Shown: positions 48,551 through 58,114 of the stretch, piece after piece
Numbering within the stretch: position 1 is the first letter of the stretch
Layout: each line of letters begins with the position of its first letter
From: Candidatus Binatia bacterium
GTDB taxonomy: Bacteria; Desulfobacterota; Binatia; Bin18
DNA: 64,000 nucleotides
Assembly (NCBI GenBank): GCA_963664395.2
Contig: OY761159.2
Location: 992,001-1,056,000 of the forward strand
Direction: 5' to 3'
Notes under the pieces: model-generated
Seen by the model: the letters and a program-made list of their open reading frames with translations, nothing else
The model's database searches: none
What the model was told of the DNA's origin: nothing
Program-made: the position numbers and the translations under genes

Positions 48551-50473
48551 CTATTCTTCATCGACCGAAAAGGCCAGCAGAGCGTTGCCCGGCATGCCGC
48601 CCCAATAACCGTAGCCGGAATTCACATACAGCATGCCGTCAACAATAGTCGGGCCAGGGCCGTCGAACGATCCCCCTCGGGTCTGTATTCCATTCGTACT
48701 CTCGTATTCCTGGTCGGCATTATACTCCCAAACCACCGCGCCGTCCGCGCTTGAGTAGGCGCGCAAATGACCATCGACAGAACCGGAAAAGACAACGCCG
48801 GGGATCACCGACACGGCCGCGGACTGGGCCGGGCTGCACTGGGCGCGGCCATTACAGCCCGGTGGCGGTGTATGCCATTTGCGCTCACCCGTCTCAATGT
48901 CATACGCAAACATCCCGCCGCCGACACTCCCGTTGAGGCTGGTCGTCCAGCCCAAGTCTTTATCTTGGTGGGTCTCCACGCCGATATCGGACAAGGCCAC
49001 ATAGATGGTCCGGGCATCGGCGGCCGGCCCCCACTGGATGCCGCCGATCAGGCCGCCCTTGCCGAGCCGCTGCTGCCAGAGAATTTCTCCATCCCGGTCC
49101 GGGTCCACGGCGTGGAGGACGCCGGATTTCTGCCCGGCCAGGAGTACCCGCCTGCCGCTGGGCAGCTTGACCAGAATCGATGAAGAACCAAAGTCCAAGT
49201 CCGGCCCTCTGGCCTCGGGACAGTTTGAGTCATCATCGGTCTCACACCCGATATTCCAGGCGTCGTTAGGCGTGAACTGCTGCGACCATAAGAACTCGCC
49301 CGTTCTCAGATCAAACGCCACGATGGCATCGCTGGTGAGCGAAGCCGGGTCGGAATAGTTATCACCGGTGGTGACATACAGCCGGCCGCGTTCCAGGTCG
49401 AGGGTGGGAGAAGACCAGACCGAGGCGCCTGAGGGCCCCCACAACTGGACGCCCTTTTTGTTTTTCCGGACCGGCGCGGCCGGCTCCGGAATCGTATAGG
49501 TCCTCCAGACCATCTTGCCATTCACCGGATTCATGGCCACCAGCGTGCCCCGAAAGGTACAGCATTCATAATCGGCATCCGCGCCGGCCGCTTCTTCCAG
49601 GGCCGTCAGGGGCACGTAGAGTCGATTGCCGTGCAGTTTGGGCGTGCCGGTGATGCGCGCCATGGGATGGTCGTCAATCCGGGTGCGCCATAACTCTGCG
49701 CCCGTTCGGGCGTCCAGGGCGTAGACCGTAGCTTCAGAGTCGCCGAAATAGACCACATGGCGGGCCGGGTCGGTTCCCGGCAGTTTCCCGACGACCAGGG
49801 TTGACCGAACGCCCGCCCTGGGTTTCATCGACCAGTACAGGCAGCCGGTCTTGGCATCGATCGAATAGATCCGACCTTTCATGGTTCCGACAAAGACCCG
49901 GTTGCCGACAACGGTCGGCTGGGAGGTCTGGTAGTCCATCGGCAGGCCAAACACCCATTTGACTTTCAGCTTGGAGACCTGCGCCGTGCTGACCCCGGCC
50001 TGTTCCGCGGGCTGAAAGCGGCTGTTCACGGCATCCACGCCCCAGCCATTCCACTGCGGAGCGTCGTCTGCGACCACGAATTCGCCTGGGGCATCGGCGC
50101 AAAAACCCGCCACCGTTTCATCGGTCGCCGCTTCCGGTTTGAGCTTCTTGGCGCTGACCCATTCGGAGATGGCGCGGCGCTCTTCGTTGGTCCGCAGCAC
50201 CCCCTGGAATTTCATTTTGCCCAGCTCCAACGAGTGCAGCACAAACTCGGCCGGCAGGCGGCGGAGAATGTCGAGCTGCGCCGCCCGGGTTGATTGTCCG
50301 GCGTGACATTTCGCGCAGTGCTGCTCGTATAAGGCCCGACCATCGGGCTGCTGCCCCGTTGGGGCAGCAGCCCAACTTGGGGAGAAGAGAAAACCGGTCA
50401 GCCCTATGGCCAGGACGGTTGCCCAACGGATTTTCCACCAGTGCGTACGGGTCGTACTCCAGTCGCGTGTCAT
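48551..50473 (-). CDS. PVA-dehydrogenase-like quinohemoprotein, copy D
   Basis: CAKCH plus the same PQQ-domain motifs; AAGGAGG RBS. Confidence 0.9.
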   Translation of the reverse strand: MTRDWSTTRTHWWKIRWATVLAIGLTGFLFSPSWAAAPTGQQPDGRALYEQHCAKCHAGQSTRAAQLDILRRLPAEFVLHSLELGKMKFQGVLRTNEERRAISEWVSAKKLKPEAATDETVAGFCADAPGEFVVADDAPQWNGWGVDAVNSRFQPAEQAGVSTAQVSKLKVKWVFGLPMDYQTSQPTVVGNRVFVGTMKGRIYSIDAKTGCLYWSMKPRAGVRSTLVVGKLPGTDPARHVVYFGDSEATVYALDARTGAELWRTRIDDHPMARITGTPKLHGNRLYVPLTALEEAAGADADYECCTFRGTLVAMNPVNGKMVWRTYTIPEPAAPVRKNKKGVQLWGPSGASVWSSPTLDLERGRLYVTTGDNYSDPASLTSDAIVAFDLRTGEFLWSQQFTPNDAWNIGCETDDDSNCPEARGPDLDFGSSSILVKLPSGRRVLLAGQKSGVLHAVDPDRDGEILWQQRLGKGGLIGGIQWGPAADARTIYVALSDIGVETHQDKDLGWTTSLNGSVGGGMFAYDIETGERKWHTPPPGCNGRAQCSPAQSAAVSVIPGVVFSGSVDGHLRAYSSADGAVVWEYNADQEYESTNGIQTRGGSFDGPGPTIVDGMLYVNSGYGYWGGMPGNALLAFSVDEE

Positions 50474-50601
50474 GATCCCCCTCCTTATGCTGAGCAGCGC
50501 GGCGCCCCGGTCGCCGCCCTTCCCTATTTAGCTCGCATTTGGTCGTTCTGCTAGCGCAGCACCGGGGGGGGCCGGAGGGGAATGGACGAATTGGGGAAGG
50601 C

Positions 50602-50982
50602 TTATGATTTGTGCAGGCGCTGCTCCCATTCATACTCGCGATTCGTTACCACATCTTCCATCCGTCGGAGGCGACGGTCGAGATGATCAAAGGTGTGTTT
50701 CAGACGGTGGAGAGCCAGCCCGCGCGAGTTGACGTAGGCGTCATAGAACTCGCGCTCGCCCGCACTGGCGAACGGCACGACAGGTTCGGGTTTCATCACC
50801 ACCGCGGCCAACAGATACAGGCCACCCACAGGCCACAGGCCGGAAAAGAGAAAAAACAGGATGGTCAGCATGCGCGTCCAAAAGAGTGAAATATCGAGAT
50901 AGTCGGCGATCCCTTTGCACACCCCGAGCAGCATGCCATCGCGTGACCGGTACAAGCCCGTCGAGCGTTCGGCTGTCGTCAT
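50602..50982 (-). CDS. pspC: Phage shock protein C
   Basis: LYRSRDGMLLGVCKGIADY, TM helix, RLRRME.VVT. Confidence 0.9.
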   Translation of the reverse strand: MTTAERSTGLYRSRDGMLLGVCKGIADYLDISLFWTRMLTILFFLFSGLWPVGGLYLLAAVVMKPEPVVPFASAGEREFYDAYVNSRGLALHRLKHTFDHLDRRLRRMEDVVTNREYEWEQRLHKS

Positions 50983-51242
50983 CGTTTTCCTTCTCCTTTT
51001 CTTTCCTGGTCAAGCAAAAGCGTTTCCAAGGCTTCCACGCGAGATTCCATCTTCGATAAGCCCTGATAGAGTTCCTGAATCATCTGGGCTTCATCCGCCT
51101 GGGCCAGATGTCCCTGTTTGGGCGTGCTTTTTCTCCAGATGAGCCATACCGCCAGCGCCAGTCCTCCGACCACCGCCACAAAGACCGAGCCGAAGATGAA
51201 GAGGACGACCAGCGGCCAAATGTCCATTATTTGTGCATCCAT
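50979..51242 (-). CDS. pspB: Phage shock protein B
   Basis: N-terminal TM; L..MESRVEALETLL; lies between pspA and pspC. Confidence 0.85.
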   Translation of the reverse strand: MDAQIMDIWPLVVLFIFGSVFVAVVGGLALAVWLIWRKSTPKQGHLAQADEAQMIQELYQGLSKMESRVEALETLLLDQERKGEGKR

Positions 51243-51284
51243 GTTGCAGACCCACTCTCCAGCAGCTTCCTTCGGGACAACCGA

Positions 51285-51980
51285 TTAGTCCTGCGGCTGG
51301 GCGGTTGTCTTTTGCTCAACCCCAGCTTTGAGCGTGGCTAACTCTTCTTCGATCTCCTCATCGCCTTCCAGCCGGGCAAACTCTTCTTCGAGTGAGTGCT
51401 GGCGCTCGGAATTGGGACCGGGGTTCACCAGGTCGGCTTCCGCTTCCATGCGCTCAATCCGGTTTTCAAATTGTTCAAACCGGACAAACGCCTCCGAGCT
51501 GTCGAGGCGGCGCAGGTCTTCCTGGGCGCGTTTCCGCTTTTGGGCATGAATATGGCGTTGGACGAGCAAGCGCTGTTTTTCGCGGACTGTCCCGAGTTTA
51601 TTTTCCAACTGGACAATGTCTTCCTGATACTGATGAATCAGGGCGTCACACTCGGCGCGTTCTTTTTGCAGCCCAGCGGTGCGTTCGGTATAGCGCCGCT
51701 TCTCCATGAGGGCCTCACGCGCCAAGTCTTCGCGCCCTTTATCTACGGCGAGCTGCGCCTTTTCGCCCCACTGGCTGGCCCGTGTTTCGACCGTTTGACA
51801 GTCTCGCTCGATTTTCTTTCTTGTGGCCATAGCCCCAGCGCACGAGACTTTAATCTCAACCAGGGTATCCTCCATCTCCTTAATCATGAGCCGAATGAGC
51901 TTCTCCGGGTCTTCTGCTTTGTCGAGCATGGCGTTGAGATTGGCACTGATAATGTCACGGACTCGGGTGAAAATTCCCAT
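51285..51980 (-). CDS. pspA: Phage shock protein A
   Basis: MGIFTRVRDIISANLNAMLDKAEDPEKLIRLMI.EMEDTLVE, GREDLAR.AL. Confidence 0.95.
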   Translation of the reverse strand: MGIFTRVRDIISANLNAMLDKAEDPEKLIRLMIKEMEDTLVEIKVSCAGAMATRKKIERDCQTVETRASQWGEKAQLAVDKGREDLAREALMEKRRYTERTAGLQKERAECDALIHQYQEDIVQLENKLGTVREKQRLLVQRHIHAQKRKRAQEDLRRLDSSEAFVRFEQFENRIERMEAEADLVNPGPNSERQHSLEEEFARLEGDEEIEEELATLKAGVEQKTTAQPQD

Positions 51981-52017
51981 TACGCTTCTCCTTTGCTTTC
52001 AGTACGCTCTGGAGCAT

Positions 52018-52034
52018 TGCAGTTAACATGCCAA
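52018..52034 (-). promoter_or_regulatory. Sigma54 -24/-12 promoter of pspABC
   Basis: TTGGCATGTTAACTGCA (GG-N10-GC) upstream of pspA, opposite the divergent pspF. Confidence 0.85.
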
Positions 52035-52136
52035 TTCAAAAAAACCTCCGAAGTCTTTTATTTCCAAGTACTTACAAAATTCAGAGAAATTTGTACAGAT
52101 TTGTTTTCGCTATGAATATGCTATATATACTGATAA

Positions 52137-53222
52137 ATGGCGAAAAAAACCACAGACAAGGGGAACGACTCGGTTCCCTCTTCCTTTGCTCCCGATACTT
52201 CTTTTAGTACACAAGAGGCGCTTGGACAGTCAGAGGCATTCCTGGCATTTCAGGAACGTTTATCCCGCGTCGCTCGGGTCAACCGCCCGGTTTTACTCAT
52301 GGGTGAACGCGGGACGGGCAAAGAGCTGGCTGCAGCTCGGTTGCATTATCTCTCCGGGCGTTGGCAAGGGCCCTTTGTCACCCTCCACTGCGCAGCACTC
52401 TCACCCAGCCTTATTGAAGCCGAATTATTCGGCCATGAAGCAGGGGCTTTTACCGGAGCAACCCGCCAGCGCCTCGGCCGTTTTGAGACCGCTCACAATG
52501 GGACTCTCTTTCTTGATGAAATCGGACACATTCCGCTTGAAGCCCAGGCAAAAATCCTGCGTGTCGTCGAGTATGGCAGCTTTGAGCGGGTCGGCAGTTC
52601 GCAGCCTGTTGGGAGTAATGTTCGGATTATTGGCGCAACCAATGCCGACCTCAGGGCGCTCGCCGCACGCGGACAGTTCAGAGCCGACCTGCTTGACCGC
52701 TTGTCTTTCGAGGTACTTTTTCTTCCGCCCCTGCGTGAGCGCCCTGAGGATATTTTTCTCCTCACCAACCATTTTGCCGCGCGTATGGCCTTCGAACTGG
52801 GACGGGAAGATGTTCCGCAGTTCAGCGATACTGCGCGCGCCGTTCTCGACAACTATCCATGGCCGGGCAATGTCAGAGAGTTAAAAAATGTGGTTGAACG
52901 CGCGGTCTACCGGGCTGATAGCATGCTGATTCGTGATACCGACATCGTACTCGACCCGTTTGAGACACCGTTTCAGCCCATGCCCCAGGAATCAGGTATA
53001 CGAGAAGAGGAACAAGCCGCATTCCCACCCGCCATTCCCGCTACCGCTTCTCACACATCCTTTCCCCAAGCCGTACAGGAATTCGAGTGTGGACTGCTTG
53101 AAAACGGGTTGCGCGCGACACGCTATAATCAAAGGAAAACAGCCGAGCGACTCGGTCTCAGCTATCATCAGTTTCGAGGCTTATACCGGAAATATGCGGA
53201 TCGATTACAGCGTAAAGAATAG
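52137..53222 (+). CDS. pspF: Psp operon sigma54 transcriptional activator
   Basis: GERGTGKEL, ELFGHEAGAFTGA, LFLDE, DLLDRLSF, WPGNVREL; C-terminal HTH; no N-terminal sensor domain. Confidence 0.93.
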   Translation: MAKKTTDKGNDSVPSSFAPDTSFSTQEALGQSEAFLAFQERLSRVARVNRPVLLMGERGTGKELAAARLHYLSGRWQGPFVTLHCAALSPSLIEAELFGHEAGAFTGATRQRLGRFETAHNGTLFLDEIGHIPLEAQAKILRVVEYGSFERVGSSQPVGSNVRIIGATNADLRALAARGQFRADLLDRLSFEVLFLPPLRERPEDIFLLTNHFAARMAFELGREDVPQFSDTARAVLDNYPWPGNVRELKNVVERAVYRADSMLIRDTDIVLDPFETPFQPMPQESGIREEEQAAFPPAIPATASHTSFPQAVQEFECGLLENGLRATRYNQRKTAERLGLSYHQFRGLYRKYADRLQRKE

Positions 53223-53229
53223 GGCCGCC

Positions 53230-53688
53230 CTAGGGGTAAAAGCGGTACACGCCCTCTGCCACACACGCCGGCTTACTGCTCTCTTCCACCTCAAAGGTCA
53301 GACCCACTGTGACTTGCAGGCCGCCGGTCACATCTTCCGCATTGTTCAAAGTAGCGCGCGCCCGCACCTTTTTGCCGATTGGCACAGGAGACGGAAAGCG
53401 GAGCTTATTCAACCCGTAGTTCACGCCCATTTTAATGCCCTGCACCGCCCAAATCTGATCCATGAAATACGGGGCTAAGGAGAGGGTATAATAGCCGTGT
53501 GCCACCGGACCACCAAAGGGCGACTCTTTTTTTGCTCGCTCGACATCAAGGTGAATCCATTGATGGTCGTGGGTACACTGAGCAAAAGCGTTGATTTCTT
53601 CTTGGGTGACCAGATGCCAATCCGAGACGCCGAGTTCTTCGCCAACCAGAGATTTGACCTCGCCATAGTCTACTTTTCGTGCCGTCAT
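53230..53688 (-). CDS. MaoC family dehydratase
   Basis: FA..T.DHQWIH.D.ERA, AHG, NYGLNKLRFPSPV. Confidence 0.9.
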   Translation of the reverse strand: MTARKVDYGEVKSLVGEELGVSDWHLVTQEEINAFAQCTHDHQWIHLDVERAKKESPFGGPVAHGYYTLSLAPYFMDQIWAVQGIKMGVNYGLNKLRFPSPVPIGKKVRARATLNNAEDVTGGLQVTVGLTFEVEESSKPACVAEGVYRFYP

Positions 53689-53745
53689 GCGGTACTCCTT
53701 TACTGTACGAAGATGAAACAGGATTAGTTCAAAAATGACAGCGTG

Positions 53746-53774
53746 TTGTCAAGGGGAAGAGCGGCTTGTAGGCT
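53746..53774 (+). promoter_or_regulatory. Sigma70-type promoter, probably giving a leaderless mRNA
   Basis: TTGTCA-N17-TAGGCT, followed 7 nt later by ATG 53782; no SD. Confidence 0.5.
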
Positions 53775-53781
53775 TGCCACA

Positions 53782-54015
53782 ATGACACACTACGCCCCCC
53801 CGCCACCAGAGACCGGCCTGTGTCCCTCCTGCCGACACACCCGCGAGATTGTAAGTGGCAAGGGTTCCCGCTTCTATTATTGCGGACGGTCTGAAACAGA
53901 CGCACACTATCCGAAGTATCCAAACCTACCGCTGCTTGAGTGCCCTGGATATCAATCGGACAGCGTAGACACCGCAAATACTGCACCCACTACGGATACG
54001 AAGGGACCGCGTTAG
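53782..54015 (+). CDS. Small four-Cys hypothetical protein (putative metal binding)
   Basis: GLCPSCRH...GSRFYYC.RS...YPKYP.LP...CPGY. Confidence 0.65.
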   Translation: MTHYAPPPPETGLCPSCRHTREIVSGKGSRFYYCGRSETDAHYPKYPNLPLLECPGYQSDSVDTANTAPTTDTKGPR

Positions 54016-55181
54016 CGATGGAGCAGCATTGCTGTCGTTGGCACCCCATTGCCTGAGGAGACAAAGGCCACCTCGGCGTCCGGGACCTGGTTAATGGCTT
54101 GCCCGCGTAATTGACGCACCGCTTCAACAATATTTTCCATGCCGTGAATATAGCCCTCGGACAGGTTGCCGCCACTCGTGTTCAGCGGCAGCGAGCCATG
54201 CGGCCACAACAGTTTGCCGTCAGACACAAAATCGCCTCCTTCGCCACGTTGGCAGAAACCCAGTTCCTCGATCGCCATGAGGACCAGCGGGGTGAAGTGG
54301 TCATACACAAAACACACATCAACATCACTGTGCGATATTCCCGCCCGGCCAAACAGGGCTTTGCCGGTCACAGTGGATTCTGTTTCGGCTTTCTCAACGT
54401 TTTTCACCACACGCTGGGTGTTCCACTCGCCCGCGCCAAAGGCCCCTCCCATAATATAGGCTGGTTTCTGCTGACAATCTTTTGCCCGGTCGGCTGAAGT
54501 AATCACCACCGCGGCACCACCGTCGGTTTCCAAACAGCAGTCCAGCAAATGGAGGGGGTCCGCGATCATACGAGAGTTTTGATGGTCTTCAATGGTGATA
54601 GGCCGGCCACGCATGACCGCATTGGGATTGGTCTGGGCATGCGTCCGACAGGCGACTGAGATTGCGCCGAAGTCCGCACTCTTGGTCCCATATAAATGCA
54701 TATGGCGCCGCGCAGAGAGGGCAACCATCTGGGCCGGGCTAAAAAGACCATAGGGTTCGAGGTAGGCACCCACGCCGGAAGCGCCCTTACGGACTGCGGC
54801 GCGTCCGAAGCGCGGCGTCCCACGCCCCGAGCGTTCGTTCATGGCCCGGAAAGCGATGACACAATTGGCCATGCCGGTGGCCACGGCCATGGCCCCAAGC
54901 AAAATCGAGCCGACCGGCCCACCCCCGCCGCCGTAGGGCGCTTCCGCGTAAAAACGTAGTTCCGGGATACCCAGGTTTGCGGCAATATCGACCGGATCGT
55001 TGTTATCCATGGAGAACTTGGCGATACCGTCGATATCGCTCGGCTTGAGTCCGGCGTCGGCAATCGCGTTACGGATGGCTTCGACCGCCAGACTCATCTC
55101 GCTGCGGCCCGAGTCTTTTGAGTATTCGGTGTGGCCGATACCAACGATGGCCGTCTTATCTTTCAGGGTTTCCGTTTCCAT
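54012..55181 (-). CDS. SCP-x type thiolase / lipid-transfer protein (Ltp2-like)
   Basis: AIVGIG.T, NPNA, LLDCCLETDG, YDHFTP, NTSGGNLSEGYIHG. Confidence 0.9.
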   Translation of the reverse strand: METETLKDKTAIVGIGHTEYSKDSGRSEMSLAVEAIRNAIADAGLKPSDIDGIAKFSMDNNDPVDIAANLGIPELRFYAEAPYGGGGGPVGSILLGAMAVATGMANCVIAFRAMNERSGRGTPRFGRAAVRKGASGVGAYLEPYGLFSPAQMVALSARRHMHLYGTKSADFGAISVACRTHAQTNPNAVMRGRPITIEDHQNSRMIADPLHLLDCCLETDGGAAVVITSADRAKDCQQKPAYIMGGAFGAGEWNTQRVVKNVEKAETESTVTGKALFGRAGISHSDVDVCFVYDHFTPLVLMAIEELGFCQRGEGGDFVSDGKLLWPHGSLPLNTSGGNLSEGYIHGMENIVEAVRQLRGQAINQVPDAEVAFVSSGNGVPTTAMLLHR

Positions 55182-55261
55182 ACTAGCCTCCCGAAACTGA
55201 ATTGAAGCCGGGATTAGAGCACAGGTCAACTGGATTTGCCACACCACTACCCCCTGCCCCC

Positions 55262-55654
55262 TTACGGAATCAGGGCTGGAATCAGGGGAGGAAACAGGAA
55301 CGGAACCAGTAGCAGCCTAGCCACAGAAGTGCCTACCAGCACTGAGCTAAAAACGATATTCTGTCCCTTTTCGAGCGTTGACTCTTCTTCTCCTGTCATC
55401 GCTACGCCAGCACTGTCAGCCGACTCAGCTCCGTGTTGCGAGATGATCTGGCTGTGTTGCAGGACAGTAGCGTCCCAGGCCGGGGCAGAAGAAAAAAACG
55501 GGTCATCAAAGGGGTCGCTCGCAAACGGGTCACTGACACGGCCATCGCGGACGGGCTCGTTCGGCGTGGACCGATGGGCGCTACACCCAGCCAAGAAGAC
55601 AAGGCAGACAGCACACACGCACAGCAACCAGCCAGCTCTCCATACCTTCTCCAT
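55262..55654 (-). CDS. Hypothetical lipoprotein
   Basis: LAGC lipobox, DPF repeats, C-terminal hydrophobic helix. Confidence 0.55.
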   Translation of the reverse strand: MEKVWRAGWLLCVCAVCLVFLAGCSAHRSTPNEPVRDGRVSDPFASDPFDDPFFSSAPAWDATVLQHSQIISQHGAESADSAGVAMTGEEESTLEKGQNIVFSSVLVGTSVARLLLVPFLFPPLIPALIP

Positions 55655-55907
55655 CTGTCCCCTCCCTACTCCACCACCGTCGGGCCGGTGGCGCACGAAA
55701 CGCCCCTCAATGAAGAGAAGGTCGTCCTCCTACTTCCTCCTGAGCCTGAAACTCGTTCCAAAACCATAAACAAGTTAAGTACCGCAGAGTATCCAACGGA
55801 CCCTCCCGACTAAGAGTTTTGTAGCATGCACACAGCGTGTTACGCAAAGAATCCGCGCCTTGCGAGCAGCCAAGCAACTCGTTTATGCTGCGGAAGAAAG
55901 GGACACC

Positions 55908-57158
55908 GTGACACCAGCACACGCTTCAGACGCGGTCCGCCATACGCCGGAGCCAGGGCGGGCCGCAACAGACCGGCGGTCGGAATTTGAGCATGACCGC
56001 GCCCGGATTATCCATTCGGCAGCGTTTCGGCGTTTGCAGGGCAAGACCCAGGTATTCGGTATCTACGAGGGAGATTTTTTTCGGACTCGCCTGACCCACT
56101 CTCTCGAAGTCGCCCAAATTGCCAAAGGCATTGCCCTGGCTCTCGGGACCGACCCGGATTTGGTGGAAGCGGCGTGCTTAGCGCACGATCTTGGCCATCC
56201 GCCCTTTGGCCATAATGGCGAGCGGACGCTGCACGCACTCATGCGGGCGCATGGCGGCTTTGAAGGCAATGCCCAGACCCTGCGTATTCTGACCTATCTC
56301 GAACAGAAACATGCGGACTATGCCGGCCTGAATCTGACCTATCAAACGCTTGATGGGGTTCTCAAATATAAAACCTGCATCGACTCAACAGCAATAGCCA
56401 ATGCTCCACAGAGCCCGGTCAAAGGCTTTTACACCTGGGATCGCCAGTTGGTTGAGACCATCGTCCAACAGACAGGCAGCGGGCAACAACGCAGCGTTGA
56501 GTGCCAAATCCTGGATGTGGCGGATGACATCGCCTATTCCGTGCATGACTTGGAAGACAGTCTCAAAGCCGGCTTACTGACCCAGGCGGACCTGCGGCGT
56601 CTTCCGCCGGCGCGCGTGGTGCGCGATGTCAATGCGAAGCTGACCGTTTGGGGACGGACCGTCAATGAAGGCACGGTCCACATGGAACTGGCGCAGATTG
56701 CCGACCGGCTCGAACAGCTTGAACAGCGGTCTCTTCGGGCGGGTAGAAAAATGCTGACTCGTGATCTCATTCATGAATTTGTCAGTCCGGTTGCCATCCA
56801 ATCACACGGAGACCACGAACACATTGATACCGATTTTTCCAACCGGGTCCGCATCGAAGCGCTCAAGGCGTTTGAGTCGTACAAGGTCATCAACAATCCG
56901 CGCGTGACCACACTCAGCCATAAGGGCAAAGAAGTCCTCCGCCGCCTGTTTGCCGTACTCGACCAAGGTCAGGAGTCCATCGGCCTCTTCCCCGAAGACC
57001 ACGGCGAGCACTATGAGAAAGCGCTCCTCAACGGCGACGAGACCGCCCGCAAGCGGGTCATCTGCGACTTTCTGGCCGGCATGACCGATTCGTACGCCCT
57101 ACGGTTTTACAGTCGCCTGTTCGTTCCGGGCGAGGGCAGCTTTTACGAGATGTTGTGA
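55908..57158 (+). CDS. dgt: dNTP (dGTP) triphosphohydrolase
   Basis: DRARIIHSAAFRRLQGKTQV, RTRLTHSLEV, AHDLGHPPFGH.GE, FEGNAQ, ADDIAY, DF.AGMTD. Confidence 0.93.
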   Translation: MTPAHASDAVRHTPEPGRAATDRRSEFEHDRARIIHSAAFRRLQGKTQVFGIYEGDFFRTRLTHSLEVAQIAKGIALALGTDPDLVEAACLAHDLGHPPFGHNGERTLHALMRAHGGFEGNAQTLRILTYLEQKHADYAGLNLTYQTLDGVLKYKTCIDSTAIANAPQSPVKGFYTWDRQLVETIVQQTGSGQQRSVECQILDVADDIAYSVHDLEDSLKAGLLTQADLRRLPPARVVRDVNAKLTVWGRTVNEGTVHMELAQIADRLEQLEQRSLRAGRKMLTRDLIHEFVSPVAIQSHGDHEHIDTDFSNRVRIEALKAFESYKVINNPRVTTLSHKGKEVLRRLFAVLDQGQESIGLFPEDHGEHYEKALLNGDETARKRVICDFLAGMTDSYALRFYSRLFVPGEGSFYEML

Positions 57159-57220
57159 CTAAAGTTCCCCTCGGTAAAGGCGTCAGCGAATAGTCCAAAT
57201 GACAAGAGAGGAAATGCTAC

Positions 57221-58039
57221 ATGGAGCATGAATTAAACAATTATGAACAACAACAAGTAAAGCTAATCAAGGAATGGAAAAATAAGGAGCCATCGATAGT
57301 CTCCCAGGGCATGGGGAAATTACTATATCCTTTGACATGGATGGCTGAAAAAGTAATCCCGGAAGCTGCTATCAGGGGTCTATTGGACTTCTCTTCAACA
57401 ATCGCCAAATGGCTGACTGATACATCTGATATTTTAAGAGACGGTAGGGTTGCTTCCATCAAGGAACTGAAGGCAAAAGATATCGAATTGTCAGACGAGT
57501 TAGCCAACGAAGTCCATAACTGGGCAATTGGTATCGCTACGGTAGAAGGCGGAGCGACAGGATTCACTGGACTCCCCGGTATAGCTGCTGACGTCCCAGC
57601 TATAATAACGATTGCTTTAAGAACTATACAAAAAATTGGTGTTTGTTACGGATTTGAAGTGAAAACCACAGAAGATAGAGATTTCATACGCGGCATAATG
57701 GCAGCGTCGGGTGCAAATGACATGAGCGAAAAACTGGCGGCGCTGGCCACCCTGCGATCCATTCAGGTAACTATTGCAAAGCAAACGTGGAAAAAGATGG
57801 CTCAAACGGCCGCCCAGGGTCAAATGAGCAAAGAGGCTGCAATCATCGGTCTTAAAAATCTAGCGAAACAACTCGGCGTCAACCTTACGAAACGGAAGGC
57901 TCTTCAAACTATACCCGTAATAGGAGCCGGAGTAGGTGCGTCTGTTAATGGTTGGTACATTAAAGATGTTGGATGGGCAGCCCGTCGGGCTTTCCAAGAA
58001 CGCTGGTTAATTGAGAATGAGAAAATAATAGAAATCTAA
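57221..58039 (+). CDS. EcsC family protein
   Basis: EGGATG.TGLPGIAADVP, YGF, RKALQ.IPVIGA.VGA.VN; AT-rich relative to flanks. Confidence 0.82.
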   Translation: MEHELNNYEQQQVKLIKEWKNKEPSIVSQGMGKLLYPLTWMAEKVIPEAAIRGLLDFSSTIAKWLTDTSDILRDGRVASIKELKAKDIELSDELANEVHNWAIGIATVEGGATGFTGLPGIAADVPAIITIALRTIQKIGVCYGFEVKTTEDRDFIRGIMAASGANDMSEKLAALATLRSIQVTIAKQTWKKMAQTAAQGQMSKEAAIIGLKNLAKQLGVNLTKRKALQTIPVIGAGVGASVNGWYIKDVGWAARRAFQERWLIENEKIIEI

Positions 58040-58114
58040 CGCTTGACCTCTCCCTTCTTCTTTTGACCGTTCTCTTACCTTGAAGCATCACCCTCTCCGT
58101 GGAGTATGCAAACC

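Noticed and set aside
42449-50473. Diversity-generating retroelement or cassette-switching explanation for the paralogue repeats
   Set aside because: No reverse transcriptase or recombinase, no adenine-specific TR/VR pair; all four copies are full genes with dispersed synonymous divergence
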